Shown: positions 28,580 to 38,867, counted from the stretch's first letter. The stretch: DNA of 64,000 nucleotides from Candidatus Thorarchaeota archaeon (GCA_020348985.1 CP070761.1:883613-947612), one strand, 5' to 3'. The notes: generated by a model not told the origin, from the sequence alone. Made by a program: numbers and translations.

Positions 28580-31051
28580 GTGAAAAATGTGAGTCCTAGC
28601 AAGAAAGGCAAGAAGAAGGCGCTTACCGACAAGACAGCTCTCTTCATTTGCCGCTGCGGCTCGAACATTTCTGGTGTAATTGATGTTGATTCTCTTCGTG
28701 ACGAATATGAAGCCAAAGGAATCCCAATAGTCATCGTGGATGATCATCTTTGCTCTGAGCAGGGCGTTCAGACTTTCGTTGACGCTATCAAGAAGAGCAA
28801 GGCCGAGAAAGTTGTCATGGCAGGATGTTCTCCACTGTTACACTGGGACTTGTTTTCTGAAGCTATGGCAGAAGCGGGGCTTGATGCAGGCCATCTTCAA
28901 ATCGCGAACATCCGCGAGCAAGGAAGCTGGGTGCATTGGGATAAACCAAAGACGGCTACTTCGAAGGCCTCCGCAATCATCGACACAAGCATCTCACAGG
29001 TACAGGATTCTGAACCAATTGCCAAGCATTCTGTTCCTGTGACTCAACGAGTTTTGGTAGTCGGAGGGGGAGTTGCAGGACTCACATCAGCCCTCACAAT
29101 GGCGGATGCTGGAATCGAGACTGTGATTGTTGAGAGGGAAGGATTCCTAGGAGGCCACATGGCGAAATGGGACAAGCTCTTCCCTACTTCAGATTGCAGC
29201 ATTTGTATCCTGGGCCCCGTGATGACACGTGTCGCTCGCCATCCGTTGATTCGAGTGATTACCAGGGCTGAACTTGAGTATGTTCGAGGCTCAGTTGGGA
29301 GCTACATAGCATCGATAAAGCAGCATGCTCGCTATGTCGATCTGGAAACATGCACCGGGTGTAACAAGTGTATCGAGGTCTGCCCAGTTGATGTCCCAGA
29401 TGAATACAACTATGGTCTTGGAAAGAGAAAGGCCATGGTCCGTCCGTCGAGTGATACTGTCCCTCTTGCACCCTACATAGACATGGAGAATTGCATAGGT
29501 TGCCAAAGCTGCTCTGGCGTCTGCGAGCCGAAAGCCCTGAGATACGACGATGAAGATAACCATGAGACCATTGAGTTCGGCGCGATTGTTGTAGCTACGG
29601 GATTCAAGGCATTTGATGCGTCTCTGGTGGAGGAGTTTGGCTATGGTGAGAATCCGGATGTGGTCACCTCTCTCGAGTTTGAAAGAATGGCTAATCCAGA
29701 AGGACCGACAGGTGGCAGGATAGTAAGTCCATCGACAGGTAAACCCCCAAAGCAAGTCGTGTTTGTGGAATGCGTTGGCAGTCGATCGGAGAGATTCAAC
29801 AGACCGTATTGCAGCCGAGTTTGCTGTACAGCATCTGTCAAAGAAACACTGCAATTGAAAGAACAGATACCTGACAGTGAAGTCTACGTCTTCTACACGG
29901 ACATGAGAGTGTTCGGGAAGGGATACGAAGAACTGTATGAAAGAGCATCCAATGACCATGGCGTCCGATTCGTTCGAGGAGCAGTAGGTGACATCATCCT
30001 TGATCCAGTATCAGGGAAGACCACGATTAGAGGAGAGGACACACTTCTTGGGAGGATGATTGATGTTGAGGCGGACCTTGTAGTATTGATGGTGGGCATG
30101 GAACCAGATCACAGCAATGCGTACCTTTCGAAGCTGCTCCGGATTCCACTTGATGAAAATGGATTCTTCCTTGAGGACCATCCGAAGCTCAGGCCGAGTA
30201 GTACATCTTCTAAAGGCATTGTAATCGCTGGAACTGCGCAAGGTCCGAAGGACATCGCAGACGCTGTTGCTCATGCCGGGCTCGCATCATCAAGAGTTTT
30301 GACTCTGTTATCTCGCGGAGATGTTATCACTGACGCGTGCGTTCCATCATTCGATTCTGAGCTATGCATTGGATGCAAGCTCTGTGAACAGAACTGCTCT
30401 CCAAACGCAATCAGAGTCAGAGACAGCGTGGCTGAGATAAACACTGCTGCCTGTAAGGCCTGTGGTGCTTGTGTTGCTGCTTGTCCCTCGGGTGCATTGG
30501 ACCTGCCGTGTCTCACGAACGAGCAACTACTGAAGGCCACAAGGACTGCAGTTGAGCGAAATCCGTTAAGGCCCGCTATAGTGGGGTATCTTTGCAGATG
30601 GTGCGCCTATAGCGCTGCGGACAAAGCTGGCATATCTAGGACCACGTACCCTGCCAACATCATTCCAATCTTAGTACCGTGCACAGGCCGCCTGAATTCG
30701 CAGACAGTCCTTACGGCATTTGCTGAGGGTGCTGATGGTGTTGCAGTAATAGGATGTTACGAACAGGATTGTCATTACAGATCGGGGGCAAAGAATGCCC
30801 GAGAGAGAATGGAGAACCTCAGAAGTGTCATCATGGAAGCAGGTATTGACGGTCGAAGACTGTACTTCGGAAGTGTATCTGCATCAGAGGGAAGCCACTA
30901 CGCTGACCATGTTAGACGGTTCGTGAGTCTGGTTAAGAAACTTGGACCTCTTGGTTCTGAGTTGAGTGAGGAAACAGTAGCATTGTATGGAAAAGAGCCT
31001 GATGTTGCCATCACCTCCAATCCTCACGGCGAAGGAGGAGAGGGGGATTAG
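28580..31051 (+). CDS. hdrA: HdrA-MvhD fusion flavoprotein
   Basis: CRCGSNI, AGCSP, GGGVAG, DCSIC, inserted and C-terminal ferredoxin domains, CVGSR..YCSRVCC, QGPKDI, then MvhD motifs CRWCAY..PCTGR..GC...DCHY. Confidence 0.95.
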   Translation: MKNVSPSKKGKKKALTDKTALFICRCGSNISGVIDVDSLRDEYEAKGIPIVIVDDHLCSEQGVQTFVDAIKKSKAEKVVMAGCSPLLHWDLFSEAMAEAGLDAGHLQIANIREQGSWVHWDKPKTATSKASAIIDTSISQVQDSEPIAKHSVPVTQRVLVVGGGVAGLTSALTMADAGIETVIVEREGFLGGHMAKWDKLFPTSDCSICILGPVMTRVARHPLIRVITRAELEYVRGSVGSYIASIKQHARYVDLETCTGCNKCIEVCPVDVPDEYNYGLGKRKAMVRPSSDTVPLAPYIDMENCIGCQSCSGVCEPKALRYDDEDNHETIEFGAIVVATGFKAFDASLVEEFGYGENPDVVTSLEFERMANPEGPTGGRIVSPSTGKPPKQVVFVECVGSRSERFNRPYCSRVCCTASVKETLQLKEQIPDSEVYVFYTDMRVFGKGYEELYERASNDHGVRFVRGAVGDIILDPVSGKTTIRGEDTLLGRMIDVEADLVVLMVGMEPDHSNAYLSKLLRIPLDENGFFLEDHPKLRPSSTSSKGIVIAGTAQGPKDIADAVAHAGLASSRVLTLLSRGDVITDACVPSFDSELCIGCKLCEQNCSPNAIRVRDSVAEINTAACKACGACVAACPSGALDLPCLTNEQLLKATRTAVERNPLRPAIVGYLCRWCAYSAADKAGISRTTYPANIIPILVPCTGRLNSQTVLTAFAEGADGVAVIGCYEQDCHYRSGAKNARERMENLRSVIMEAGIDGRRLYFGSVSASEGSHYADHVRRFVSLVKKLGPLGSELSEETVALYGKEPDVAITSNPHGEGGEGD

Positions 31052-31055
31052 TCCA

Positions 31056-32411
31056 ATGGAGAGACAAGATGTCTCCGTAGGCGAGAGACCTGTGGTTTCC
31101 ATGGACGTAACTGAAGCAAAAGTACGCTTGGAATGGAATACGTCTCTTCTGCTGCGAAGACTTGATTATGATATCGACAAGTGTGTTGGTTGCAGTCTAT
31201 GTCTTCCCTGTCCGTGGGAGGCAATTACTCTGGGACCGGTTGCTGAGACCGCGGCCGGACGTATTGAGGGGGCTCCTCTTGTGATGGTGGATCCAGACAT
31301 CTGTACTTTCTGCGGTCTGTGTGATTCGGCCTGCGTGTTCAAGGCCTTTGATGCTTCATATGAGGGCGAGTCTGCGATCAATGAGTTCGTTAGGATTGAT
31401 GGGGTCCATGTTGTTGACAATGAGAAGTGTGCTCCGTGTCTCCTTTGTGCTAAAGTCTGTCCAACTGGAGCTCTTGAGGTTGACGTGAAGGTCGATCATA
31501 AGAAGGACCTTGTAGTCTACAGGGGCGACGTCTCGGCTGAAGGTACAATCAAGATCGATGAGGACAAATGCTCCTATTGTGGACTGTGTGAGATTCTGTG
31601 TCCCGAGGCCATCAAGATATTCTGGTCAGAGTCAGCCGAACCACCAGATTTCAGACCTGCCGTTGGGATTCGCGTCGTAGAGGAGGAATGTGACTACTGC
31701 GGTCTGTGCGAAGGTATCTGTCCCGATGACGCGATCAAAGTTGAATGCACAAAATCGAGTTCGAGGAAAATAACTGAGCCCAAGATAAGTGGGGAGCTTC
31801 GTCACGATGACGAGAAGTGTGTGAAATGTTCTCTCTGTGCAGGCGTTTGTCCCTATGATGCAATCAAGGTGGAGAAGCCCTTCTCAGGCGAAGTGAAAGT
31901 CCAGCATCTTGAACGATGTGATCCCACAGGATGTGTCAATTGCTTCAACATTTGTCCTGTCAAAGCAATCTACCCCACGGGCACCGAAAGTAAGTTGGAG
32001 GTACTCGACGGAAACTGCATCTACTGCGGCGCCTGTGAAAACGCATGCCCAGACGAAGTCCTCGTAGTGTCAAGAAGTGGATACAAACTAGACGAACTTG
32101 AAAGAGCAAGAGAGTGGGAGAAAGCCAGGAAGCACTTCTTTGATGCAGTTGTTGGCATCGAAAAGACACCTAGCGGCCTCTTCGAGCGAGACTTGAACGT
32201 AGTTGAAGCAAGGCAACGACCTCAGGACGTTGCTATTGACGATGAGTGGGACACAGAGGATGGTGTTAGAGCCGCAGCCAAGAACCTAGTTGGCTCAGTA
32301 AGCCGACTGCTGAGTCGGGACCCCAGCCTTCAGATGCATTTGGAAAGAGGCAGAACTGAAAAGGTCATTGAGAAGATCAAGGAGCAGAGTAAAGGCTCTC
32401 CAAAGAAGTGA
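31056..32411 (+). CDS. FwdF/FmdF-type polyferredoxin (8 predicted 4Fe-4S motifs)
   Basis: Eight CxxCxxC...C(P)-type motifs counted. Start set at ATG 31056, just after the hdrA stop; the ORF opens at 30987. Confidence 0.9.
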   Translation: MERQDVSVGERPVVSMDVTEAKVRLEWNTSLLLRRLDYDIDKCVGCSLCLPCPWEAITLGPVAETAAGRIEGAPLVMVDPDICTFCGLCDSACVFKAFDASYEGESAINEFVRIDGVHVVDNEKCAPCLLCAKVCPTGALEVDVKVDHKKDLVVYRGDVSAEGTIKIDEDKCSYCGLCEILCPEAIKIFWSESAEPPDFRPAVGIRVVEEECDYCGLCEGICPDDAIKVECTKSSSRKITEPKISGELRHDDEKCVKCSLCAGVCPYDAIKVEKPFSGEVKVQHLERCDPTGCVNCFNICPVKAIYPTGTESKLEVLDGNCIYCGACENACPDEVLVVSRSGYKLDELERAREWEKARKHFFDAVVGIEKTPSGLFERDLNVVEARQRPQDVAIDDEWDTEDGVRAAAKNLVGSVSRLLSRDPSLQMHLERGRTEKVIEKIKEQSKGSPKK

Positions 32412-32775
32412 CTTCTTCGCTGCTCCGGGAAACAGATACCGGCAGCCCGTGAAGCTGGGCAATGCCTTCATCTCCGTTTACGCGGGCCAAGTGCAAAGAC
32501 CAGGGCCCTCGTGGCATGGTCGCGAGGCCTTCTTTCGTTCTCTCACTTTGAAAAGCTTGAACATTGATTCTCTTTGAACTAGTCTTGATTGAGACAACAT
32601 CCCCATCTTTCAGACCAATTCTCTGAAAATCGCTCCTGTTAAGCCAGACAAGTGCGGCTGCCATTCGATAGCTCTCAGACGCTGTGTTAGCTACGGACTT
32701 GATATCTGCCTCAAATGAGTGCACGATTACCAGCTTGAGCTGGACTTCTGGAAAGAGGAAGTCGCCCAGGGACAT
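32377..32775 (-). CDS. FwdD-like molybdopterin dinucleotide-binding domain protein, degenerate
   Basis: LNRSDFQRIGLKDGDVV and EG...MPRGPW match FwdD. The N-terminal TGRT..QG motif is absent. Confidence 0.8.
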   Translation of the reverse strand: MSLGDFLFPEVQLKLVIVHSFEADIKSVANTASESYRMAAALVWLNRSDFQRIGLKDGDVVSIKTSSKRINVQAFQSERTKEGLATMPRGPWSLHLARVNGDEGIAQLHGLPVSVSRSSEEVTSLESLYSAP

Positions 32776-32904
32776 TCTCTAAGCCTCACGAAAAACTTGA
32801 CTTGGCATAGCCAGTGGGTCCCTTCATGAATCTTTTGTCATGAACCTTGTTTTGAAATGGTCCTATGAAAAGAAAAAAAGGCAGTCCGCCCTATCCCATT
32901 TCGA

Positions 32905-33552
32905 TTGATGATGGCAGACGACATTCTAGAATACTGGATGAGTCTCGCTCGAGAACTAGCATCAAGATTCAACGTAGAAGAATTCGATACAAGTTCAGCA
33001 TTCTGGAGTTGGGACAATTTCAAAGACGATATTCGCACACTGAAAGGAAGATTGGGAGTTGGCAATGATTTCATTGATTTCCTTGGATACCACGTAGATT
33101 TCGAATCAGGTGAAACAACTGATACGTTGGCGGGCATTCCGGGAAGGACCTCCAAGCTTGTCCCATTTCTTTACTACTATAGCAAGGCAAAGGATGTCGG
33201 CATTGCAGACGAATGGGAGAAGTTCTCAGCACTGAAAGGTTCGTGGGCCTGTAGACATTCATTTGATGAACAAGATCTTGAGACTCTGAGAAGGAAGTAC
33301 GTTGAGGACAAAGAAAAGCTATTCGAGACTCTTGAGAAGCTCGGCGGAGAAAGGGCTGGTCACGGTGATGATGCCTATGTTGTATCATTTCTGCCAATGG
33401 TGAAAGTGCTTCTTGTATTTGAGGAGGAGGATGAGGAGTTCCCTGCGACCGCAAGACTGCTGTTCGACAAGAATTCGATTTTCTATGAACCACACGAAAT
33501 GCTGGGTTCAATCGGGTGGATGATGGCTAGCAGAGTTGCGATTACAGGTTGA
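32905..33552 (+). CDS. DUF3786-domain protein
   Basis: C-terminal FLPMVKVLLVFEEEDEEFPATARLLFDKN is typical of DUF3786. Confidence 0.8.
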   Translation: MMMADDILEYWMSLARELASRFNVEEFDTSSAFWSWDNFKDDIRTLKGRLGVGNDFIDFLGYHVDFESGETTDTLAGIPGRTSKLVPFLYYYSKAKDVGIADEWEKFSALKGSWACRHSFDEQDLETLRRKYVEDKEKLFETLEKLGGERAGHGDDAYVVSFLPMVKVLLVFEEEDEEFPATARLLFDKNSIFYEPHEMLGSIGWMMASRVAITG

Positions 33553-33623
33553 ATGAGATGGGACAGTAGGGAATACTTTTATCGTACATAGGTCAATACA
33601 ACCATCTACGGGAGATTCCCACA

Positions 33624-33848
33624 ATGGTCGTTGTCAATGTTCTAATCCAGGTGGAGGCAGGGAAAGTCTGGGAAGCTTGTAAAGCTATTGAATCGATCGA
33701 TGGTGTAATGCGAGCTAACGTCGTGACTGGCCCCTATGATGTGATAGCTTATGCGGAGCTACCGTCCACAGAGGATGTGCGACGCTTGATGCAAAGCGTC
33801 CATGATGTAGATGGTGTGTCCCGCACAGAAACCTGCATCGCAATCTAG
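33624..33848 (+). CDS. Stand-alone Lrp/AsnC ligand-binding (RAM) domain protein
   Basis: VLIQVEAGK..VVTGPYDVIA..GVSRTET. Confidence 0.92.
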   Translation: MVVVNVLIQVEAGKVWEACKAIESIDGVMRANVVTGPYDVIAYAELPSTEDVRRLMQSVHDVDGVSRTETCIAI

Positions 33849-33862
33849 TGTGCGCATGAGTT

Positions 33863-33887
33863 CAGGCATTCTGTCGCAGAGTGCCTG
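33863..33887 (+). terminator. Hairpin after the RAM-domain gene
   Basis: CAGGCATTCTG-TCG-CAGAGTGCCTG (11 bp, one G-U), followed by TTCGTTT. Confidence 0.5.
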
Positions 33888-34043
33888 TTCGTTTCATTGG
33901 TGGACAGGCTTTCAGTATCTTCCGTGGTCTTTTCACGATTGACTCAACCACGAGCTCTTCCTGAGAATAGGCCGTCTACGATGCACTTATCAGAAGCACA
34001 CAAGGGCGGAATTCCAACATCGCAACCGGACTGTGAAGCCTAG

Positions 34044-35408
34044 ATGGAACATGGACCTGACATCATTGACGCCGCCCCCACGCTTGACGTATCCAAAATC
34101 GGGGTCCTATCTGTGCTGACTGCTCTTGGCAGGCTGGGAAGGTCTCTGACAATCATTGTGCTCCCGTTGTTTGCACTTGAGATTGGATATGATGAAGCAT
34201 TTTATGGTCTCATGGTAGCAGCTGCTGGCTATGTTCAGGCTGCAGCCCTGTTCCCTGCAGGCACGTTCAGTGACAGAAGAGGCAGAGGTCTGGCAATCCT
34301 CTTGGGAAGCATCATCAGTGGCATTGGTCTTGTTTTGATTCCCTTCACATCTGACCCGATTCTCATCATTGGTCTATATGCTCTCACGGGATTGGGAGGA
34401 GGCTTCACAAGTACTTCGATAGATTCGTTGATTGCTGACCATACCAGAAGCGGCGGTGAGAGAACGAAATCATATGGATATACAATCACTGTTGCCACGC
34501 TTGCCGCGATAGTTGGACCATTCATGGGCGGCTACATCCTAGACCCTGTCGCATTTCCAGGAATAGATAATGCGATGGTACGATATGCCATCATATTCAC
34601 CTTCATGGGAGTCATAATGTTTGCAGCTGGCATCATTGGTTTCACCACTGATCGATGGCTGAAGAACAACACTGACGACTCAAAGCAAATCGAAGCCAAA
34701 GAAGAAGGCACAGAAACGTTCACCGCAGAGAACGACGCAAAGACTGCGCTTCTCTTTGGAGCCAGTCAGGGAATGATGGGCTTTGCGTCAGGTATGGTGA
34801 TACCCTACTTGATCCCTTGGATATACGCCGCATTCAACCCCGACCCCGTTGTGCTGGGCAGCATACCAGCCATCGCCAATCTAACGCTTGCCTCCGGAAC
34901 GCTCTTTGTAGGATTAGGTAGTGAACGAATTGGAAAGCTTAGGATAATCTTCCTTCTTTACCTCCTATCGCCGGTGTTCATGTTGGGAATCGTCTACTCA
35001 TGGTCTCTGGAGACTATTCTGAATGGACTAGGTATAGCTGCACCTGCGTTCTTTGTGATGATAGTCTTCTACATTGCGAGAAACGCTGTCGCTAACATGG
35101 CAAGACCAGCATATTCGTCGTTGTTTATGGGAGAAATTAGTGTGGCCAGGAGAGCACGTTCACTTGCTTTGACCAGAATCAGCTGGACATTTCTAAGACA
35201 ATCTGGCACACTAGTAACAGCGGTCATTCTCGCACTGTCTGTTGACATCGTGACTTTCGGTCTTGTGTTGTTCCCAATAGCGATGGTTGTCTACCCTCTT
35301 TGTGTAATCCCGATGTACTTTGCAGTCAAGAGAAATGAAAGAGTCAGGCAAACACAACAAGAATCGTTGCGCCAAGTGAATCGTGATAGAAGCGAAGCTC
35401 ATATATAG
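34044..35408 (+). CDS. MFS transporter
   Basis: About 12 TM segments; motif A GTFSDRRGR and SERIGK. Confidence 0.92.
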   Translation: MEHGPDIIDAAPTLDVSKIGVLSVLTALGRLGRSLTIIVLPLFALEIGYDEAFYGLMVAAAGYVQAAALFPAGTFSDRRGRGLAILLGSIISGIGLVLIPFTSDPILIIGLYALTGLGGGFTSTSIDSLIADHTRSGGERTKSYGYTITVATLAAIVGPFMGGYILDPVAFPGIDNAMVRYAIIFTFMGVIMFAAGIIGFTTDRWLKNNTDDSKQIEAKEEGTETFTAENDAKTALLFGASQGMMGFASGMVIPYLIPWIYAAFNPDPVVLGSIPAIANLTLASGTLFVGLGSERIGKLRIIFLLYLLSPVFMLGIVYSWSLETILNGLGIAAPAFFVMIVFYIARNAVANMARPAYSSLFMGEISVARRARSLALTRISWTFLRQSGTLVTAVILALSVDIVTFGLVLFPIAMVVYPLCVIPMYFAVKRNERVRQTQQESLRQVNRDRSEAHI

Positions 35409-35471
35409 GACCTCAAGTGGCGCTGCTCAGAACTGAACCGAGCACCAAGTCGGCTTCATGATTTAAAGTAG

Positions 35472-36668
35472 GTGAGGACTGTGAGAGACCCAGTATCGTG
35501 GATGCGAGAGGACTACGAGAAACTTGTTGAGCAGAACTTCGATTGGAAGATCCGAGAACTGCAGGGCCCAAGCACACCAAGGGCTAAGGTCGACGGGAAA
35601 GACGTGATAATGCTCTGCAGCAACAACTACCTGAATCTGTCCAATCATGAAAGGCTCAAGGAGGCTGCGCTTAAAGCCATCAAATCTCACGGTGTAGGCT
35701 CAGGTTCCGTCCGTGCGATTGCAGGGACAATGGACCTGCATCTTGAGCTTGAAAGAAGACTTGCTAAGTTCAAAGGAGCAGAAGCTGCGCTAACTTACAG
35801 TGCGGGATTCACATGTAACGAAGGATTGATTCCACAACTTGTGGATAAAGGCGATGCAATTGTATCTGATGAATTGAACCATGGATCAATTATCGACGGT
35901 GTAAGACTAACAAAAGCGACCCGATTCGTATACAGACACAACGACATGGATGATTTGGAGCGAGTGTTGGAGGAGGCAGAGAAAGAGAATCCTGGAAAGA
36001 TACTCATCATCACCGACGGAGTTTTCTCGATGGACGGAGATATCGCTCCCCTCGACCAAATTGTGAAGAAAGGGAAGAAACACGGTGCAATGATCTATGT
36101 TGACGATGCTCACGGAGAAGCAGTTCTCGGCAAAGGTGGTAGGGGTATCGTCTCACACTTTGAGCTCACTCACAACGACGTCCACTTTGAGATGGGTACT
36201 TTCTCAAAAGCATTCGGCGTGATGGGTGGTCACGTATCTGGCAGCGAAGACATGGTCAAGTATGCATTGAACAAGAGCAGATCATGGTTGCTAAGCGCAT
36301 CACATCCTCCAGCAACTGCTGCTGCGTGCATTGCTGCGATTGATGTCCTTGAAACTGAACCAGAGCACGTTAAGAGACTCTGGGATAATCGTGAGTACTT
36401 CGTGAAGGGTCTCAAACAGATGGGATATGATACCGGCAATAGTCAGACGCCAATCGTGCCTGCCATGACTGGAGAAAGCTCGAAGGCAGTAGAGCTAAGC
36501 AACGGCCTAATGGACGAAGGTATCCTCGCCTTGCCAATTGTGTTCCCAATGGTCGCTCGCGACAAAGCTCGTATAAGAAACATGCTGAACTCCGGATTGA
36601 CCAAGGAACACCTAGACACCTCTCTTGAAGCTTATGAGAGGATTGGGAAGAAACTCGGAATCATCTAG
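35472..36668 (+). CDS. Glycine C-acetyltransferase / AONS-family PLP enzyme
   Basis: CSNNYL, SDELNHGSIIDG, DGVFSMDGD, DDAHG, GTFSKAFG. Confidence 0.92.
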   Translation: MRTVRDPVSWMREDYEKLVEQNFDWKIRELQGPSTPRAKVDGKDVIMLCSNNYLNLSNHERLKEAALKAIKSHGVGSGSVRAIAGTMDLHLELERRLAKFKGAEAALTYSAGFTCNEGLIPQLVDKGDAIVSDELNHGSIIDGVRLTKATRFVYRHNDMDDLERVLEEAEKENPGKILIITDGVFSMDGDIAPLDQIVKKGKKHGAMIYVDDAHGEAVLGKGGRGIVSHFELTHNDVHFEMGTFSKAFGVMGGHVSGSEDMVKYALNKSRSWLLSASHPPATAAACIAAIDVLETEPEHVKRLWDNREYFVKGLKQMGYDTGNSQTPIVPAMTGESSKAVELSNGLMDEGILALPIVFPMVARDKARIRNMLNSGLTKEHLDTSLEAYERIGKKLGII

Positions 36669-36779
36669 TTCTAGAGAAAGTGAGCCCTGCTCTATCGGTA
36701 GGGCACTCTTTTGGTTTACATCCTCATGCTGGACTTCCCTTGGCAAACGGTTAAGTCATCTCGAAGAGTAGTTCTGTGT

Positions 36780-37016
36780 ATGTCTGGAGCTCACAGCGAT
36801 GCGACTTTGCGAAGCATATTGAAGGAAGCGGCTGAGGAAGGTACTCGAGTCAGATTCTATGGTGCAAACATGATCATATTGGCCGAAGGTTTTGTAGCCT
36901 TTGTTGGAAACGGTATCGTTGGAATCAAACACCACTCTAAAGAGAAAGCAGATGAGTTCGTTTCGCTAGCGGCTATAGTCAAGGTACAGTATCTGGCGGA
37001 GTACAGTCACTACTAG
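36780..37016 (+). CDS. Small hypothetical protein (helix plus beta strands)
   Basis: 78 aa from ATG 36780; the ORF opens at 36711. Confidence 0.6.
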   Translation: MSGAHSDATLRSILKEAAEEGTRVRFYGANMIILAEGFVAFVGNGIVGIKHHSKEKADEFVSLAAIVKVQYLAEYSHY

Positions 37017-37038
37017 TCCGGGTCTTCGTCAAGGGTAC

Positions 37039-38208
37039 TCATGGAGCTGCAATCCCAAGCGTGCCGAATACGAGAAGCATATAGAGCATCATCACGAAGA
37101 CCGCAATCATAGCGATAGATTCTAGAGCATTCACCTTTGCATCATCGGTTATCATTACACGCAGGATGAAGAGCGATGGAAATGCAAAGAACAACAGTAC
37201 AATGGAGAAAAGTCCTATTGTAATACTTCCGCCGAGCAACCCTGCAATAATCAGCGTATAGCCAAAAACCACGAAGAATACCTGTACGATCCCTCCAAAC
37301 GCATTGGAAAGAGCAACCTCAATCTTACGCTTGATATGACTACTAGCGACTATGATGTACTCAGGCGTACCGGCGAATATCACGAGCAACAGCGCCGCAT
37401 GAATGAAGTTCAACCCAATTGTCTCTGTGGCATATTCTGCAAAGCTCGCCAATGCTTCACCGCCTAGCAAAGCTCCAGCTGAAGCTGCTATCAGGAATAT
37501 TCCAAGACTGCGCCTAGTGATGTGTTCATGATGAATATCCTTTGAATGCAACAAAGACTCAGACTCAGGGTCATACCTTCCAAAGTACTTGGTTATGCGA
37601 TAGAGGTAGGCAATGAAAACTCCAAGGAGACAGAATCCAAACACTAGTAACTCATCTCCTGTGAAAGCGGGCGGCGGTATCACACCTAGAGTAAACACAT
37701 AGAGCATGAGCATCGAGAGACCTACTGCGAGGCTAATGACTGACCCCATAGATAGCAGATCCGAACCGACCTCGTTGATTGCATCCGGTAGTCTGAAATT
37801 CCCTCGAGTATCCTTCGGAAGTAGGAGTGTGTAGATGGCGAATACCAATGAGTTGACAAAGATTGTGGCCAGGGCCAAGGTCCATGCCAAGTCATAGTTG
37901 CCCGCGAGCATAAGGAATGTCAAAACTGAAAGCTCTGGGATTGTGCTTGCAAGTGAAGCGTAGATACCGCTTACGTAGTCAGTCAGGTGAAGGTTCTGCG
38001 ATATGCCCTCCACTGCCAGTACGAATGCTTCACACGAACCTGCGATTAGGATGATTCCTCCGAGAGCATCCACTATGGCAACAGTGTCATGTCCGAGGTG
38101 AATCCCGATGATTTCAAGCACAAATACTGACAGAATCACGAGAAGACCAGCTATGTAGGCGATCATCCAGGGCCTTAGTTTCATTGAGATGCCACCAATC
38201 ATGCTCAC
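37039..38208 (-). CDS. Ca2+:cation antiporter (CaCA family)
   Basis: Two alpha repeats: ASTIPE..VNS and AGTPE..SNAFGG. Confidence 0.9.
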   Translation of the reverse strand: MSMIGGISMKLRPWMIAYIAGLLVILSVFVLEIIGIHLGHDTVAIVDALGGIILIAGSCEAFVLAVEGISQNLHLTDYVSGIYASLASTIPELSVLTFLMLAGNYDLAWTLALATIFVNSLVFAIYTLLLPKDTRGNFRLPDAINEVGSDLLSMGSVISLAVGLSMLMLYVFTLGVIPPPAFTGDELLVFGFCLLGVFIAYLYRITKYFGRYDPESESLLHSKDIHHEHITRRSLGIFLIAASAGALLGGEALASFAEYATETIGLNFIHAALLLVIFAGTPEYIIVASSHIKRKIEVALSNAFGGIVQVFFVVFGYTLIIAGLLGGSITIGLFSIVLLFFAFPSLFILRVMITDDAKVNALESIAMIAVFVMMLYMLLVFGTLGIAAP

Positions 38209-38339
38209 TTACTTAACCGGCACATAAATCCCACTGGTTTGGACGGCTGTGACGCACCATTATCAAGTCTTGACGAATGTAACGGAAAGCCATAATACTG
38301 AAGGGAATCGAAAGAAACCACTAAGGAGCCAAACAGCAG

Positions 38340-38867
38340 ATGACAAACTATCTACATGACCTACCTGCCGGCCCTAGTCCGCCGAGCGAGATATTTGTAG
38401 TTGTGGAGATGACAAAAGCAAGCAAGAACAAATACGAATACGACTGGAAGCTCAACGTCTTCACTCTGAATAGGGTGTTGTATACCTTCGCGCCATTTGA
38501 TTACGGTTTCGTACCTCAGACTCTCGATGATGACGGAGATCCTCTCGACGTTGTGCTACTAATCAATGAACCAACATTCACTTCATGCATCGTCCACGCG
38601 AGGCCTATAGGGATAATGGAAATGGACGATGCAGGTAAGATTGATGACAAGATTATTGCAGTCTCTGTGAACGAACCCTTCTACCGAGATGTAAAGACCA
38701 TCATTGATCTTCCAAGAAGCCAGATGGACGAATTGAAACATTTCTACGCTACTTACAAGATTCAAGAAGGCGGCCATGTAGAGATTAAGCGATTCCAAGA
38801 ACTGGGGGAGGCTCTGAAGACCATCAATAAGTGCATTGAAGACTACAAGAAGTCAGTGAAGAAGTAG
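38340..38867 (+). CDS. ppa: Soluble inorganic pyrophosphatase, family I
   Basis: KYEYD, YGFVPQT, DGDPLD, DDKIIAV. Confidence 0.96.
   Translation: MTNYLHDLPAGPSPPSEIFVVVEMTKASKNKYEYDWKLNVFTLNRVLYTFAPFDYGFVPQTLDDDGDPLDVVLLINEPTFTSCIVHARPIGIMEMDDAGKIDDKIIAVSVNEPFYRDVKTIIDLPRSQMDELKHFYATYKIQEGGHVEIKRFQELGEALKTINKCIEDYKKSVKK

Noticed and set aside
26658-31051. Selenocysteine recoding in HdrA, MvhD or FwdB, which are often selenoproteins in archaea
   Set aside because: All frames are continuous with no in-frame TGA. The FwdB ligand position is Gly, not a hidden Sec.
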